Shown here: one piece after another, positions 47,761 through 61,189 of the stretch
How positions within the stretch are numbered: the first letter of the stretch is position 1
Layout: every line of letters starts with the position of its first letter
Source of the DNA: Marsupella aquatica
Taxonomy: Eukaryota; Plantae; Marchantiophyta
Direction of reading: 5' to 3'
Assembly: GCA_973895155.1 (NCBI GenBank)
Contig: OZ316891.1
Span: 26,039,899-26,103,898 of the forward strand
DNA length: 64,000 nt
Made by a program: the position numbers and the translations under genes
The notes under the pieces: generated by a model
Seen by the model: only the letters and a program-made list of their open reading frames with translations
Told to the model about the DNA's origin: nothing
Database searches by the model: none

Positions 47761-48799
47761 GGGTGCTTCTATCCCACCAAGCACAAATTGGAGTGCTTCT
47801 TATTAAAGACACAGTTTAAATTCTCATAAAAGATAAACTTGTAACCAATTGCACAATTGTGACATATGCTAGCACAAATGAGACTGCTTCATTACGCCAC
47901 GAGTCTCTATTTTGATGGAAGTTAATTAAACTTGTAACTAATTGCACAGGTATCCATTTTTATAGTTCTGGGCAACTATTCCAAAAAGCATTTTGCAAGT
48001 AATGGTGTGTTACTAGATGCTTACCGGGTATCCCATTGTCAAAGGCAAATCATTATACTCTACTTCCTCACCTAAGTTTTCCTTCACTTTTTCCAAAGGA
48101 CCAAATTAAAGAATGCAGCAGAGTTGCTTAGCAATCTCGACGGGAATCTCGAGAGCAAAAATGCACATTCCACACCCTAAACCCGTAGGTCCACTACTTA
48201 GGATGTAGGATAAGTAGACGCCATGCCTAAATAGCCATGTGTTTTGTAAATTCAATTACAACTGTTTCCACTCCTTACACATTCCAAATTGAATGTCAGA
48301 AAGAATAAACAGAATACAATTCATTTGTCTCCAACCTCTTGTAAACTCACACTTAGTCTAGGAAACAGGCTGCATAAGAGCATCTCCATCATTGGGCTAG
48401 ATCAAATCTGATTTAGGGCACCAGTGCCGCCAGATTTTTCCACCAAACCTGATGTATCAAATGTAGTGTAACTGTCTCTTTCTTGGACAGCTCACAAAGG
48501 ACATAGGTATTCACATTGCAACTGTATAATTAGGTGATAAATGGGTAATATATTCAGAGCCTTGTTGTCAAAAATGGGAGTAGTGTTTGAATAGTCTGTG
48601 GCATAGTCCTATTAATGATTCATGAATTGTGTACCTTTAGTTTGTGCTCTATGTAGAACAGTTTAGGGTCAAAATCAACATGACGTCCCACTCAAACACA
48701 ACCCCAAAATTCAAATACAACGTCCAGGCGTTGTGTTAAAAAGACACTGGGTTGGAATTGAAATGTGTTTTGTCACGGGACCCAAAATTTTCCATTTTT

Positions 48800-49190
48800 A
48801 AACACAATGCCATGGCTCTCTGTTTGGGGGTGACTGGAGTAGCATTATGTTTATCTGAAAATAAATGCCATTTATGACCACAACTCCATGGCCCTCTCCA
48901 TGGCACTTTGTTCCGGGGAAGACTGGAGTAGCAGTATATTTATCTGGAAATAAATGCCATTTCTGAACACCACTCCATGGCACTTTGTTCGGAGGAAGAC
49001 TGGAGTAGCAGTATATTTATCTGAAAATAAATGCCATTTTTGAACACCACTCCATGGCACTTTGTTCAGGGGAAGACTCGAGCAGCAGTATATTTATCTA
49101 CAAATAAATGCCATTTCTGAACACCACTCCATGGCAATTTGTTCACAGGAAGATATGGAGTAGCAGTATATTTATCTGAAAATAAATGGC
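48800..49190. repeat. 77-bp tandem repeat, ~5 copies
   Basis: gaacaccactccatggcactttgttc...gaagactggagtagcagtatatttatctgaaaataaatgccattt; gaacac at 48965, 49042 and 49119. Confidence 0.93.
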
Positions 49191-49587
49191 CCTGAAAGAG
49201 CGAAACGAAGAACCGGAGATGAAAATGGCATTCGAGGGCTAGACACCGCCACGAGGGCGCGACGTCCCTCCCGAAAGTCCCGATCATCAAGACCCGTCCA
49301 TCAGGCCATGGAGGAGGTCAGATAATTGCACATGAGGTAGCCTCGCGCGCAGTTCTCATCGGTTTATCCACACCGGGCCCTACAATTCAAACGATCAATC
49401 AGAAACCCCATTGTCATCTGCTCCCCCTCTCCTTTGAGTCCTTTCCCTTTTTTCCCACCTCGTGAAATCGGTTTTGGAAAGGAGTGATACGGAATTTCGT
49501 GCTCATCGATCTCAATTTCCTGTTTCTTCGGGTTTCTGCGCTAGTACTGGCGGTCTGATTTCTCGGGGGTGTGGAGGTCGGGACGCC

Positions 49588-52414
49588 ATGGCCACTGCTG
49601 CAGCAGGAGCGCAAGGGGTCCTCAGTTGGACTGTCCGGTTGGGCTCTTCATCAGATGCGTCGGGTTTGACGGCTTCCAGCAATGTGATGACAGGGTCGTC
49701 GAATTCAGCTGCAGGATTGAGGCCTTTGTCACTGAGATCGGTGCGTCGGAGTGGGCCGCGAGCAACGCAGAGGAGGAAGAGCGTCGGCCATCAAGCGCCG
49801 TCTGCTCTCTTTGGTGCGTGCTTTGCATTGAAGTATTGTCCGTTTCTTTTTTGAGTTGTTAAAGTTGTACTGGAAAATGGGGGTAGGATGAAGGAACGGG
49901 ACCAATGCGAAACTCAAACGACTGGTGCGCATTTTTCCAATTCAAACGACTGGATGTGTACTTGCGATCAATACAGTCACAATTTGTGGAAACTTAGTGT
50001 CGGTGAGGTTACCTGCATCAACAGATATTTTTGGGAGCATGCAGTAGAATTTATCTGCATTTGCGACCACTAGCCACCAGCACACACGCACTCGCACTCG
50101 CACTCGCACAGGGACACATTCAGAAAACCCAATTCGGGATGGGCAATTGGACTTCGATTGGGACTTATCTGGAATTTGAATTTTGCGGCGGTCAGATTAC
50201 GCACTACTCCGCGTAATCTGAGTAGAACTTCTTGAGTACAGAGCTGCAGAGAGGTAGGATCAATTCTAGGCACAAAAGTGAGCGAGGCACTCTCTCTATC
50301 TCCTGTTGGGATGTCCAAAGTCTGTGTCATCCTCTCTGCGTTTAATCCATAACTCTACCATGATATTGCCAGAGGACTTTAAGAAATCGCTGAGACACCC
50401 ATGTTTTAAACCCACATTTGCTGCCCCTTGAAGGCAGCAGGGCCGACAGGGGACAGCATTTTGCTCCTTTCCCTTGAATTGTGACTTAGCCTGGATATTG
50501 AAGGCTTTAAATGCGTTGAAGGGGCTTATAAGTATATGATATGAATGTGCGAATCTCGAGTTCCTCACCACATTTGGCCAGCTTGAAATAACATGGGGTA
50601 ACGAGTGGCTTCTCCAGGCAAGGTCCTGGAAAATATGTCGCGACGTGTTACATTTGACAAGCATAGGAATTCTGGGAGAGCCCTCTAGAACTTGCATTGT
50701 ATATGTGGTTTCGTGTGTGTAGTGAGTAGGAAATGCACCTGATAAGGTTCGTTTGATCTTTTTGAAGGATCATAGACCGCGGCACCGAAGGCAGTGGCAG
50801 CGACGGAAAGAAGCCGGAAAAGAAGTTCATCACCAAGGAGGAAGAACCTCAACAGTAAGCGTCACTCTACTCTAGGAACTTATATGTGTTTGCTGTACTG
50901 ACAAGTGTAGACTCGTCCAATTATTTCCAACACCGGCGATGGCAAGCTTCCATGGATTTCTCTGTAAACATCTTAGAAAGGAAAGTTGAATTGCATTCGA
51001 GGGGAACCAGAAGCTGTACTCCTCACGTAGCTTTCGCCGTGCCCTCGTCAGAGATATTTAATCGATCTTTACAGGGCGACTGAGAGGAATTCCCAGAAAT
51101 CAAATGTACCTGCAAAAAAGGAGAGAAGCAAACCTCATTATAAGAGTAAGGGCCATTTAGCTGTGGATTGGACAAGACGAACTACACGATTTCAAGGATG
51201 GGAAACAAAAAGACCGACGCCTGTTTTATTATGAAGAGTTTATCTTTATCATCAAGGAACTCGTATAGAAAGTTCTTTATGATACCAACCCAGTGAAAAG
51301 GTCTAGAATGAGTAACTTTAGTTGGAGGGATCATAACGCTGTTACGTAGGGCAAGGCTAGGGTGTCTGTTCTGCCTACTGGTCTTCTGGATGATATTCTA
51401 TGCGCCTTCGGATGATCTTTTTAGAGTCCTCATTCGTCTACCTGCACAAAGCACAAATTCGAAACTTAGTAAGCAATTGAGAATCCTTCTATTAAATATG
51501 AGTCTGTCATTTAGTCCTTTATTGCCTGCCGGCACTTGTTCGATCTTGATAATGCTAAAGACTACCAGCCTTAAGGTTCTGTTGGTGCTCCCTTCTGGAA
51601 AGTCAGTCTTGCTGCGCGAGATGAACTTATCAGAGTCTCTTAATGTGTACTGAAATCCCATGTAACTCACTCCAGTCAACTCCAGCTTTGAGCGCAAATA
51701 ATGCAGGGAGGGGCAGGGCAAGAGCAAGTATATCTTTGCACCTAGGACGGACTTTCTTTCAATATTTTCACCGGGTCTGTCAATTCTTCGTAATTTTTTC
51801 CCCCTAAGAATTAATGTGACACGAATTAAGGCACCCTTGACCTTGTCAAACATGTAGACGATTTTCCTCATCACACAGTGCTTAATTGTAAGTCTCAACG
51901 ATTTAATTTGGAAACAGACTGGTTAGATGAGTTGATGTCTTTATAGCATTTCTGAGGTACTACTTCAGTCTATGACCAACGGACTGGCCAGTGGTAGGTA
52001 GAGCATCTTAACAATATTCGTTGCGCTGCTCCGTGTCTGTGTTGCCAATGCTTGAATGTGTGAGCCGAAATCACATCTTTAATATATTTTGAATCTTGTT
52101 AAACATCCACAGTTGGATGAGCTTGGCCTAACCGAGAGTTCCGTCACTTGCTGTCCACGCTCGGTTATACAATGTGGTACATGAAATGATCGAATGTCTA
52201 TGAAGTTCTGAAGCATTTCACGATGGTAATTACACCAACGTTCTCAGTATTATGCATGTATCCGTGCAGGTACTGGCAAACAGCTGACGAAAGGGAGGGG
52301 AAGAATCCCATGAGTACACCATTACCTTACATTTTAATCCTCGGTGTGCTTTCACCGTTCATAATCTTGGCAGTTGCTTTTGCCAATAACTGGATCAAAC
52401 TTCCAGTCAGATAA
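49588..52414 (+). CDS. Small conserved plastid-targeted single-TM protein (149 aa); exons 49588-49813, 50776-50854, 52270-52414
   Basis: Ser/Arg/Ala-rich transit-peptide-like N-terminus. Spliced C-terminus KKFITKEEEPQQYWQTADEREGKNPMSTPLPYILILGVLSPFIILAVAFANNWIKLPVR resembles an uncharacterised plant family (At4g28025-like from memory, unverified). Exon phases sum to 450 nt. Confidence 0.85.
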
Positions 52415-53719
52415 ACGAGAGAGACATGCAGTTGGTTGTCAAATATGTACATCGAAGGTGTATAAAATACAGACTAGCACAATGAGGTAGTTGTGAGAGA
52501 TTTTGGTCACGGCTAGCCTTCCAATTCATTACTGGAGATTTGTGGAAGGACTGCCACGCGCTACACGTGAATAAGGGCAGTAGCTTCGCATCTTTGTCAG
52601 AGTTTTTTGTTCATTAATGTCTCTCTATTTGATAGACTACTGATTTAAATCGTGGGTATGCTTTTACGTTTTTGAGGAAATTTGCTCTGGTGAGGGGGGA
52701 CGTGAGAATTCCTCGTCCCCTCATTCTTGACAACTGCAAAGAGTTGGGCCCGACAATATTGTGCAGAACATTCGCAGTTGCAGGCAATGCGTGATAGCAG
52801 ATGAAACCAAGGCAAATTGATAAATTCGATTCGCCTTGGTTTCATCTGAGAACATGGAATCATACACGACGAGTAAGTTACCTGCATTCCTAATGAGGAG
52901 CAAAAAGTGCAGTCCAAGTATTTGGAAATGGATTTTCAGATCAGCACATTGATTTAATAATGGCTTGGCTATTGATGTCACTCGGAAATCTAGGAAGGGC
53001 TTAATGTTTCTTGTCGTACTGTTTCCCTCAAAGTTCGTGAGACACACTCCCTGTGAATCGAGCTACCCGCCTAGAAGTGCAGGATGTGTCTTCTGTGTGT
53101 CTCGAATGAGTTATCTCGAGATTCTCATTTGTCTGGGAAACAAGGATAGATTAAACACATGGGTGCACCTCAAAAGAGTATCTTGCAAAACCAGGAGACT
53201 ACTCCGACCTCATTATATCCATCGGATTGTTCTCAAAACTGAAACACAGAGTAAGCGAGTCCTAAAACGACTTTCTCGACTGGGCTATAAGCCCTCCCTA
53301 AAATCCCTGAAATCTCAGGACCCACTTGATGGCTCCTTCAGTCCAAGCTAAGGCGCGGAACTCTTATTTAAAAGGTTGTGGCAGCCAGCTTTCCTTCTGG
53401 GATGGTCACGTTGTTTGAAGATGATTTTGTGCTCTGCGTTCCATGATCAAGTTCCTCTGGGACCCTTGCCAGAATTCTGTCCGTCCACTTTCATCCTACG
53501 AGGTGCGCTTGCTGCTTCACTGCTGTGATTGTATTGTCCTCTCTCGATGAATCCTATGAAGATTGAACATCAAAGGATTGAATATCGAATGAATACATGA
53601 GCACCAAATCAATATTTGAATTGAGATCAATGTGCAAAGCTAAGTGTGTAAAGCATAGCATACAATTGAATGGTCTACATTGTAAAGACTGCGAGTAAAA
53701 GCAATGCGGTCATCCAAAC

Positions 53720-53938
53720 ACTTTGTGAATGAGAGTTTTGCAAAATGCCTGTACAATGATTCATTGTTCCTAGATTAAGCAATCACTGCCATTACTTTGT
53801 GATTGAGAGTTTTGCAAATGCCTTCACACTGATTCATTGTTCCTAGATTAAGCAATCACTGCCATTACTTTGTGATTGAGAGTTTTGCAAATGCCCTTCA
53901 AAACGATTTATTGTTCCTAAAGTAAGCAATCACTGCCA
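53720..53938. repeat. 73-74-bp tandem repeat, 3 copies
   Basis: actttgtga.tgagagttttgcaaa...gatt.attgttccta...taagcaatcactgcca starts at 53720, 53794 and 53867. Confidence 0.92.
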
Positions 53939-55178
53939 CTGGGCTTGAAACATCAGGCCAGGTTTCACCTGGCATAAAATCATCCATGTCCTCTACCCTT
54001 TCACAAAATGTTTTTCAACCTTTGATATTGGATTAAGTCTTTTATTAGAGTGCAACTTCGAAGGTCACAAGATCACAATAGAACTGTTCTTGTTTGTGAC
54101 CAATAATGCTGATGTGCTTGCATGTGCTTCCAGGGATTTTGGAAGGAACTTGGAACTTCCCATGAGAGAGGGTTCGTAATTACAAATGGAAAAAGTGGCA
54201 ATGTTGACCATTGGCTCATTCTAATAAAACTAGAGTTACCTTGTTTATCCAGAGATAGTAAGTGTCTCCAACTTAAATCGGTTGTTCCCTCTTACATAGT
54301 GCTCTTGGCGTTCAAATACAAGGCTTTGACAATCTCTTTAATCAGTGAGAAAGGACATTGCCAATAAAGATGTTTCAATTTGTAATATTACCATTTTGTT
54401 TATCATATTTACAAATAATTCATAGTTTCTGTATATGGTTCCCCTAGTTACATTGGTGAACTTGTCTTCAACATACTCAACGGTGACAGAGTTATCAAAT
54501 AAAAATAAAAATGTGACAGCATTGTCAACTAGAAAGTACTTAAAATAATTTGAAGGAGAAAGTATTTACAAATAAAAGTTGTAATGAATTAACTGAAATG
54601 TTCCTAGTCTTGTCTTGCAGAATTGAAAAATGATGCTCCCATGGACCATAAAGATGGGACTTCTAAACCCACATTCCCCAAAATTTAAGTTTAATTGTAA
54701 TAAATTGACTCTCATAAATTCAAATATTTTGTAGTTTTGAGGATGTGAATAGGTAAGCTACACTTCCATTAAAGTGACAGGAGTTATTCATCAAGGAAGG
54801 TAGATTCAATGAAATCAATTTCATTGTGCGAATATGAAATATCAGAGCTTATGTTTTTAATGTCTCCTCCTTCTCTACAGTAGTTGTCTTGCAAGCCAAT
54901 AACTTAAAATTTATCGTAAGACTAGTAGTCATCAAGTTATAAGCTCAAAATGTCCATGGACCACCAAACCACCAAAACTGTGCTCCATCCTCAACCACAA
55001 TTGCCTTGAAAAACTAAAAATTATCTCAACACTCACAATCATATAATTATAAGCACAAAAACTCCATAATTGCCTTGAAAAACTAAAAAATTGTATGAAG
55101 ATTCTTAATCATCAAATCAAATTATATGCACAAACACTCACATTTACCACCAAAATGTGGGACACTGTGTGTCTAACA

Positions 55179-55220
55179 TGGGCTTCGCTTTCTCCAGAAT
55201 GGAGCTGGTAGACCCTAATT
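55179..55220 (+). promoter_or_regulatory. Site II-like (TGGGCT) and telo-box-like (AGACCCTAA) motifs upstream of RPL8
   Basis: tgggct at ~55180, agaccctaat at ~55210, and tagggttt early in the intron (~55776). This combination is typical of plant ribosomal protein genes. Confidence 0.45.
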
Positions 55221-55316
55221 GATGCACGAAGGAGTAAAGCTCGAGCTCGAGCTCGAGAAAGAGTGTTTTGGGCAAGCGAGCATCGAGAGGAACGGGAGGG
55301 GCCGGAGCTCGCAGAG

Positions 55317-56423
<1,107 letters not shown>

Positions 56424-57164
56424 AAGAGGTGCAAATTTTTGATCGGCGCAAGAGAGTTTAGGTCGGATTGTCGGCTTTCGAGCATTGCGCAGCTTAGTGT
56501 TTACAGTTCTCGTTTAACTTCGTTTTGGCCAATGAAGGGAACTTGCGTACTACTTGTCACATGTATTTCACGCGCTGTCATAATGGTTCTCTTGAGCATC
56601 TTGGGCTTGACGAGTCTTTTAACCGGTAGACATAATTGTTTATGTTTACCTTTAAAAATGTCTGGCAATGCTGAATTGTTCTTCTACAGAGTACAGGTTG
56701 TTAGGTTCATTTTAAATGTTTTTTGTCTCTAATTCTCGGCGTCTACGGAGCACTCGTAAGAGGGATGTTGATTTTTGAACCGCCCGGAGAAGTTTTTAGT
56801 GTGTCCCCTCTTGAACGTGGTTGGGTGGTAAGGGTTGATCATATTTAAACGCCTATGGGAATGAAGCGACGTGAAGATTCTTATGTCTTGAGCTGGTATG
56901 ACCAATTTGCTCCTTCATATTAGATTGAGTCATTACTTTGGTTCAATGTTGAAAACGTGCGTTATTTCGGTTAGGATGCGGAAGAGTTGAGTGCCTTTTC
57001 ACTGCGTATGACGATTGCAAACTCTGAAGACTGAGCGATTACAAAGCTTATCTTTTTTATTTCATATGCTCTTGTTGAATCTGCTTTTTGTTTGATAGTT
57101 TATTCTACAGAAGCTTCTGTCAGCTCGTACAGACTTTCGTTATTGATGAAGTGATCATTCTGCC

Positions 57165-57504
57165 AAGTCCATCTCAATTATATGTCGTAGAATTTGACAG
57201 ATATGCTGTTGTACTTGGATGCACGGGTCAAAGTGAGTAGTTGAAGACTTGCCATGATTTCCGCTCCTAGTTTTGTAAATGAGAAATCACTCCGAATCTT
57301 TTGTGATGTTGTTCTTTCTTAATGAATGGGTCAATCACATATACTCTACCTCAAGCATTATGTCATTGAAGTTGACAGATTTGCTACTGTACTTGCACGG
57401 GTCAAAGTGAGTAGTTGAAGACCTGGCAGGATTTCTGCTCCCATTTTTGTAAATGAGAAATCACTCTAAATCTTTTGTGAAGTTTGTTCTTGCTTAATGG
57501 GTCA
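57165..57504. repeat. ~175-bp tandem duplication
   Basis: ttgacagat.tgct..tgtacttg..gcacgggtcaaagtgagtagttgaagac...gtaaatgagaaatcactc occurs twice. Confidence 0.88.
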
Positions 57505-59464
57505 AATCCTGTCTACTGTACGTCAAACCCAGTAAGGATCACGGCCTTGTAATTGTAGAGTTGACGCTTCCAGGGACCCGGGACTGTCATTGGGAATTGG
57601 ACCCAATATGTTTGACAGAACCAGATCCAGGCGGGAATTTGGATTCCAGAATCCCAATTGATCATTGGAAGGAGAAAACTGCGGCAGAATATCAACAGCG
57701 AGTGTGACTCACGGTGTTCTAGCAACCCGCCCATATTGTCCCAGTGATCCACCAGAGGGAGATGATATCTCGCTTCGAACCCCCACTTCGTTTAACTGGA
57801 TCATAATTGATTGAGTGGATTCAGCCTCGCCTCTCCCTGCCCTGTGCAGCATGCTCACCTTCTGCAGCTGCTTGATCAGCACTTGGTGGATCTGACAAGG
57901 ACAACTACAGTAGTGTAATGTGGAAGGAGTGGACCAGGTCTCAACCACGGATCATGACCCATGGCAACAATTGATTGTGACAGTGTCAAAATCGGATGAC
58001 CCAGATATACATCGAGGCAAAAAGGTAAGCAAAAGGATCAGATGGAGTTGAGGGCAACCCAATGGGTTATGGCTGTAATCCTTGCGGGTGGTGCCCAGCC
58101 ATTTTGTTGTGGGCGGTTATTCAGTGGGCATATTTGTTTGGGTGAATATTTGCCAAGGGCCTACCTTAAAAATGGGCCAGGGAAAGATTCTAAGGCTAAA
58201 CTATGAAAATGGTGCCCAGCCATCTTTTGTGCTTTACCTTGATTGGTGAATCTTCCAAGAAATAAGCTTGGGGAGAGTAAAGACCTTGATTGGTGCCAGG
58301 AACCCAAATTTAAATCCAGGAATCATAGGGCCACCCTCCCTTCTAGTGAGAACAGCCAAGGCCTTGATTGGTGCATAGGTACTTAAAGGAATCTTGGGAC
58401 ATTCCCAGCTATGGGGTTTCCCCTGTCCATAGTCCTCTAAACAAACAGCCCTACGGTTGGGCATTCATTTTGCACCTTACATAAAAGTTTGCCAAAAAAG
58501 AACCATGATTTAAGAAAGTATCATAGATTTAACCTATCTCCAAACTCAAATGTGGTTTGGTGCTCAAATTAGTGCATCTTTGGAAAAAGCTTCAAAAATG
58601 TACTTGAAAGGTGTTTGCAAAGGGCCAAATGTAGTTTGCGGAACCAATGCCAGTTTGATCACCATACTTATTTAACCACTTGTGGTAATTGTAGAATTGT
58701 CACTCAGCAACATTTGTCCTGATGTGCTCTTTCATCATGGAACTAGCGGGAGTAGCGGAGGATGAATCCATTTGAGGTAGGGGAACTAACTAGAGCCAGG
58801 GGAATCGAGATACCCACTTAGTTTGACCTCGCTTAATTCACCAAAGTCAAATTAGAAAATACACAAAAACATTAATGCACAGTCTGTGACACGTAGTCAT
58901 TTTTTGCTATTGGGTTGGGCTGGTAATTCATCGTTTTTGACTTAGGGGGAATGGGGCAAGTTAACTCACGATATTTCCGGCTTTCCCTCCCTGCCGTTTG
59001 AATGAATTTCAAACGCACGACAATCCTCAGCCTCTCGACGCCTTTTGTCCTACCTTACCGGATAGCTTAACGCGGGATTACGTTTACCTTCCTTTGTCCA
59101 GTACCAACAGCTAACTCTGATTTACTTGGGGTAACACGAAGTTTTTCCACACACCCAGAGATTATCTCGCTTAGCATTTCGTAATCCTCCTGCCTGCAAG
59201 AACTCACCTTTTTTGTGAAGAACTTGCACGAATTGTTTAAAATTGTTGCGTTTTCCTACACCCTGGCACCCCAGCTCGCATTTGACATTGGGTGTACCAA
59301 TCGAAGTAGCGGATACTGATTGACAAGCTCGGTTTAACTGAGCTGGAGCTCCAACTCGGCAATTTCGGTGGTGGATCCTGGCTTGGTTTGGGTAAACCTA
59401 CTACGCGGACGGCTGGGGGGGATCCTGCATTTCAATTCGACCTGCTGCCCTCTTCGGTAGGAGT

Positions 59465-61189
59465 ATGGCCAGTTGCGAATCGCGACAAACTGCAAGACCG
59501 GCATCGCAGCGATCCGCATCAGTCGGCCACGATGTAGCAATCCAGAATGCAGCGACCAGTAAACCTCATTCTAGTAAGCACACATCCAATATTCCCACGG
59601 TTCTGAATTCAGAAATTTTCTATATTCCAACGGACATTCTTCAGCTAGGCACAAGGAGGATTTTTGGGAATAAGGTGGTGCTTGGCTTCGAGTCCGAATT
59701 CAGTTCGCGACAAGCCAAGGATTGGATCTCGGCCTTCAATCAGGAGAACGAAATCAAACTGACTCTGCATGACGAGCTGGCTCACGCTCTTTTTGTAGTG
59801 CAATTTGACGCTAACGCAGGGGACCACATCAAGAAAAATCTTTTGAGTGCCTCCCCTATTAAAGCACTTGACAGATTTGCAGCCGTGAACGACTACACGC
59901 CAAGCTTCGACCCATGCAACGCCAAGGACTTCAAACATTTGGTAACTGTTTACATTCCACAAGGCAGTCCTGAGATTTACGAGTACATTAAATTCGTTGT
60001 GGCCCCCATCGGACGGTTCATACGCGCAAAGCAAGCACCAGGCACTGAAGGGCACCACATTTCAGCTATTGTTGAAACCACACTCAAAATCTTCCCAGCA
60101 CACGGTAAGTTTCAACTTAGTCGCCCAGGTGTCACCACTGTTGCCTTTGATTATGGCGGCAGAAATCTTCGATGCTGCTTCTGTTTCTCATACAGGCATT
60201 ACGCAGCAAAGTGCACGCAGCCACGACCTGATATCTTCAAGGGCCACAAATTCCACTTCAACGCCCCAGGAGAAGATGCCCAACACCCTATCGCAACATC
60301 CACACAACAAAGAGTACGACTGGATGCGGTGGTGTTGCACGATTATCAGGAGAAGGTCCGTAAGGCCAGAGAGGAGGCGGATTACTGGAGGGTGCGAGCT
60401 GAAGAACAACATCAGAAGGAGGAACTGGACTTGCAACACCTAGCACATCAAGCGGCTACTCTGGAGAAAGAGAAGGTGGCAACGAGTGGTACTCACCCGT
60501 CATCCTCTGCCACGCACCGGTCCTCCAGTAATCACCATAGCAGATCTTCCCGGAAGAGGAATAGAGGAGCCGCCACCAAGTATCCTAGGAAATGCGACAA
60601 CACTACAGACGATATATCTCGAGCAAGCAAGAGTCTGCAGGCTATCCATTCCAACGAGAAAATTGGCAGTGTGGAACCTACGCACAGCAAATCTACTGTG
60701 CTCCCCATTGTGCAAATTGATACTACCTCTCCCAAACATACTCCAATCACCCACAGACGGCCCAGAAAAAAGGTGTGGGTGGTCCGGCCTACACAGGTCG
60801 GTGAATCTCCCGTCTCACAGATTGCAAGGCCCCAAACAGTCGAGGTGGAGGTAACGTCTTCTATTGCACCGGTGATTCCTATTGAAAGAATGACATCCCC
60901 ACCACCTCCTTTTGACAGGACAAACGTTACTATACGCAAACGTCCACTTTCGAGAGAATCCTCTGCAACTGACTCAGACCCGCTGCCTCTCTCCTTGGGG
61001 GTCATACAGCCCCGTGCCAAAAGACCGCGCTTATTGGAACCTATACCTATAGGTACGCACTGCCATAGAATCCCTCTGACTCCCGATGTGCAAACTAACA
61101 ATTCTCACATACAACATGCGGGGCTTAGCCTCCCGAAGACGCAGACTTCGAGCCCGTTTCATCTTGGAGGGGCTGCAACATATCCCTGA
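59465..61189 (+). CDS. LINE ORF1 (574 aa; CCHC knuckle, coiled-coil, basic S/P-rich tail)
   Basis: CFCFSYRHYAAKC preceded by C gives CX2CX4HX4C; lies directly upstream of the EN domain. Confidence 0.8.
   Translation: MASCESRQTARPASQRSASVGHDVAIQNAATSKPHSSKHTSNIPTVLNSEIFYIPTDILQLGTRRIFGNKVVLGFESEFSSRQAKDWISAFNQENEIKLTLHDELAHALFVVQFDANAGDHIKKNLLSASPIKALDRFAAVNDYTPSFDPCNAKDFKHLVTVYIPQGSPEIYEYIKFVVAPIGRFIRAKQAPGTEGHHISAIVETTLKIFPAHGKFQLSRPGVTTVAFDYGGRNLRCCFCFSYRHYAAKCTQPRPDIFKGHKFHFNAPGEDAQHPIATSTQQRVRLDAVVLHDYQEKVRKAREEADYWRVRAEEQHQKEELDLQHLAHQAATLEKEKVATSGTHPSSSATHRSSSNHHSRSSRKRNRGAATKYPRKCDNTTDDISRASKSLQAIHSNEKIGSVEPTHSKSTVLPIVQIDTTSPKHTPITHRRPRKKVWVVRPTQVGESPVSQIARPQTVEVEVTSSIAPVIPIERMTSPPPPFDRTNVTIRKRPLSRESSATDSDPLPLSLGVIQPRAKRPRLLEPIPIGTHCHRIPLTPDVQTNNSHIQHAGLSLPKTQTSSPFHLGGAATYP

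Noticed and set aside
48800-49190. CRISPR-like regular repeats
   Set aside because: Whole 77-bp units repeat with no unique spacers, no cas genes are present, and the context is eukaryotic. The same applies to the arrays at 41466 and 53720.
50250-50253. Possible 4-nt microexon AGAG (ctgcag|agag|gtagga) that would restore frame with the proximal acceptor
   Set aside because: The catag acceptor at 50775 gives an in-frame product without it, and the pyrimidine tract is poor.
57520-58030. Possible decayed coding or TE fragment ending at a GTAAGC donor
   Set aside because: Multiple stops in the frames I translated and no diagnostic motif.
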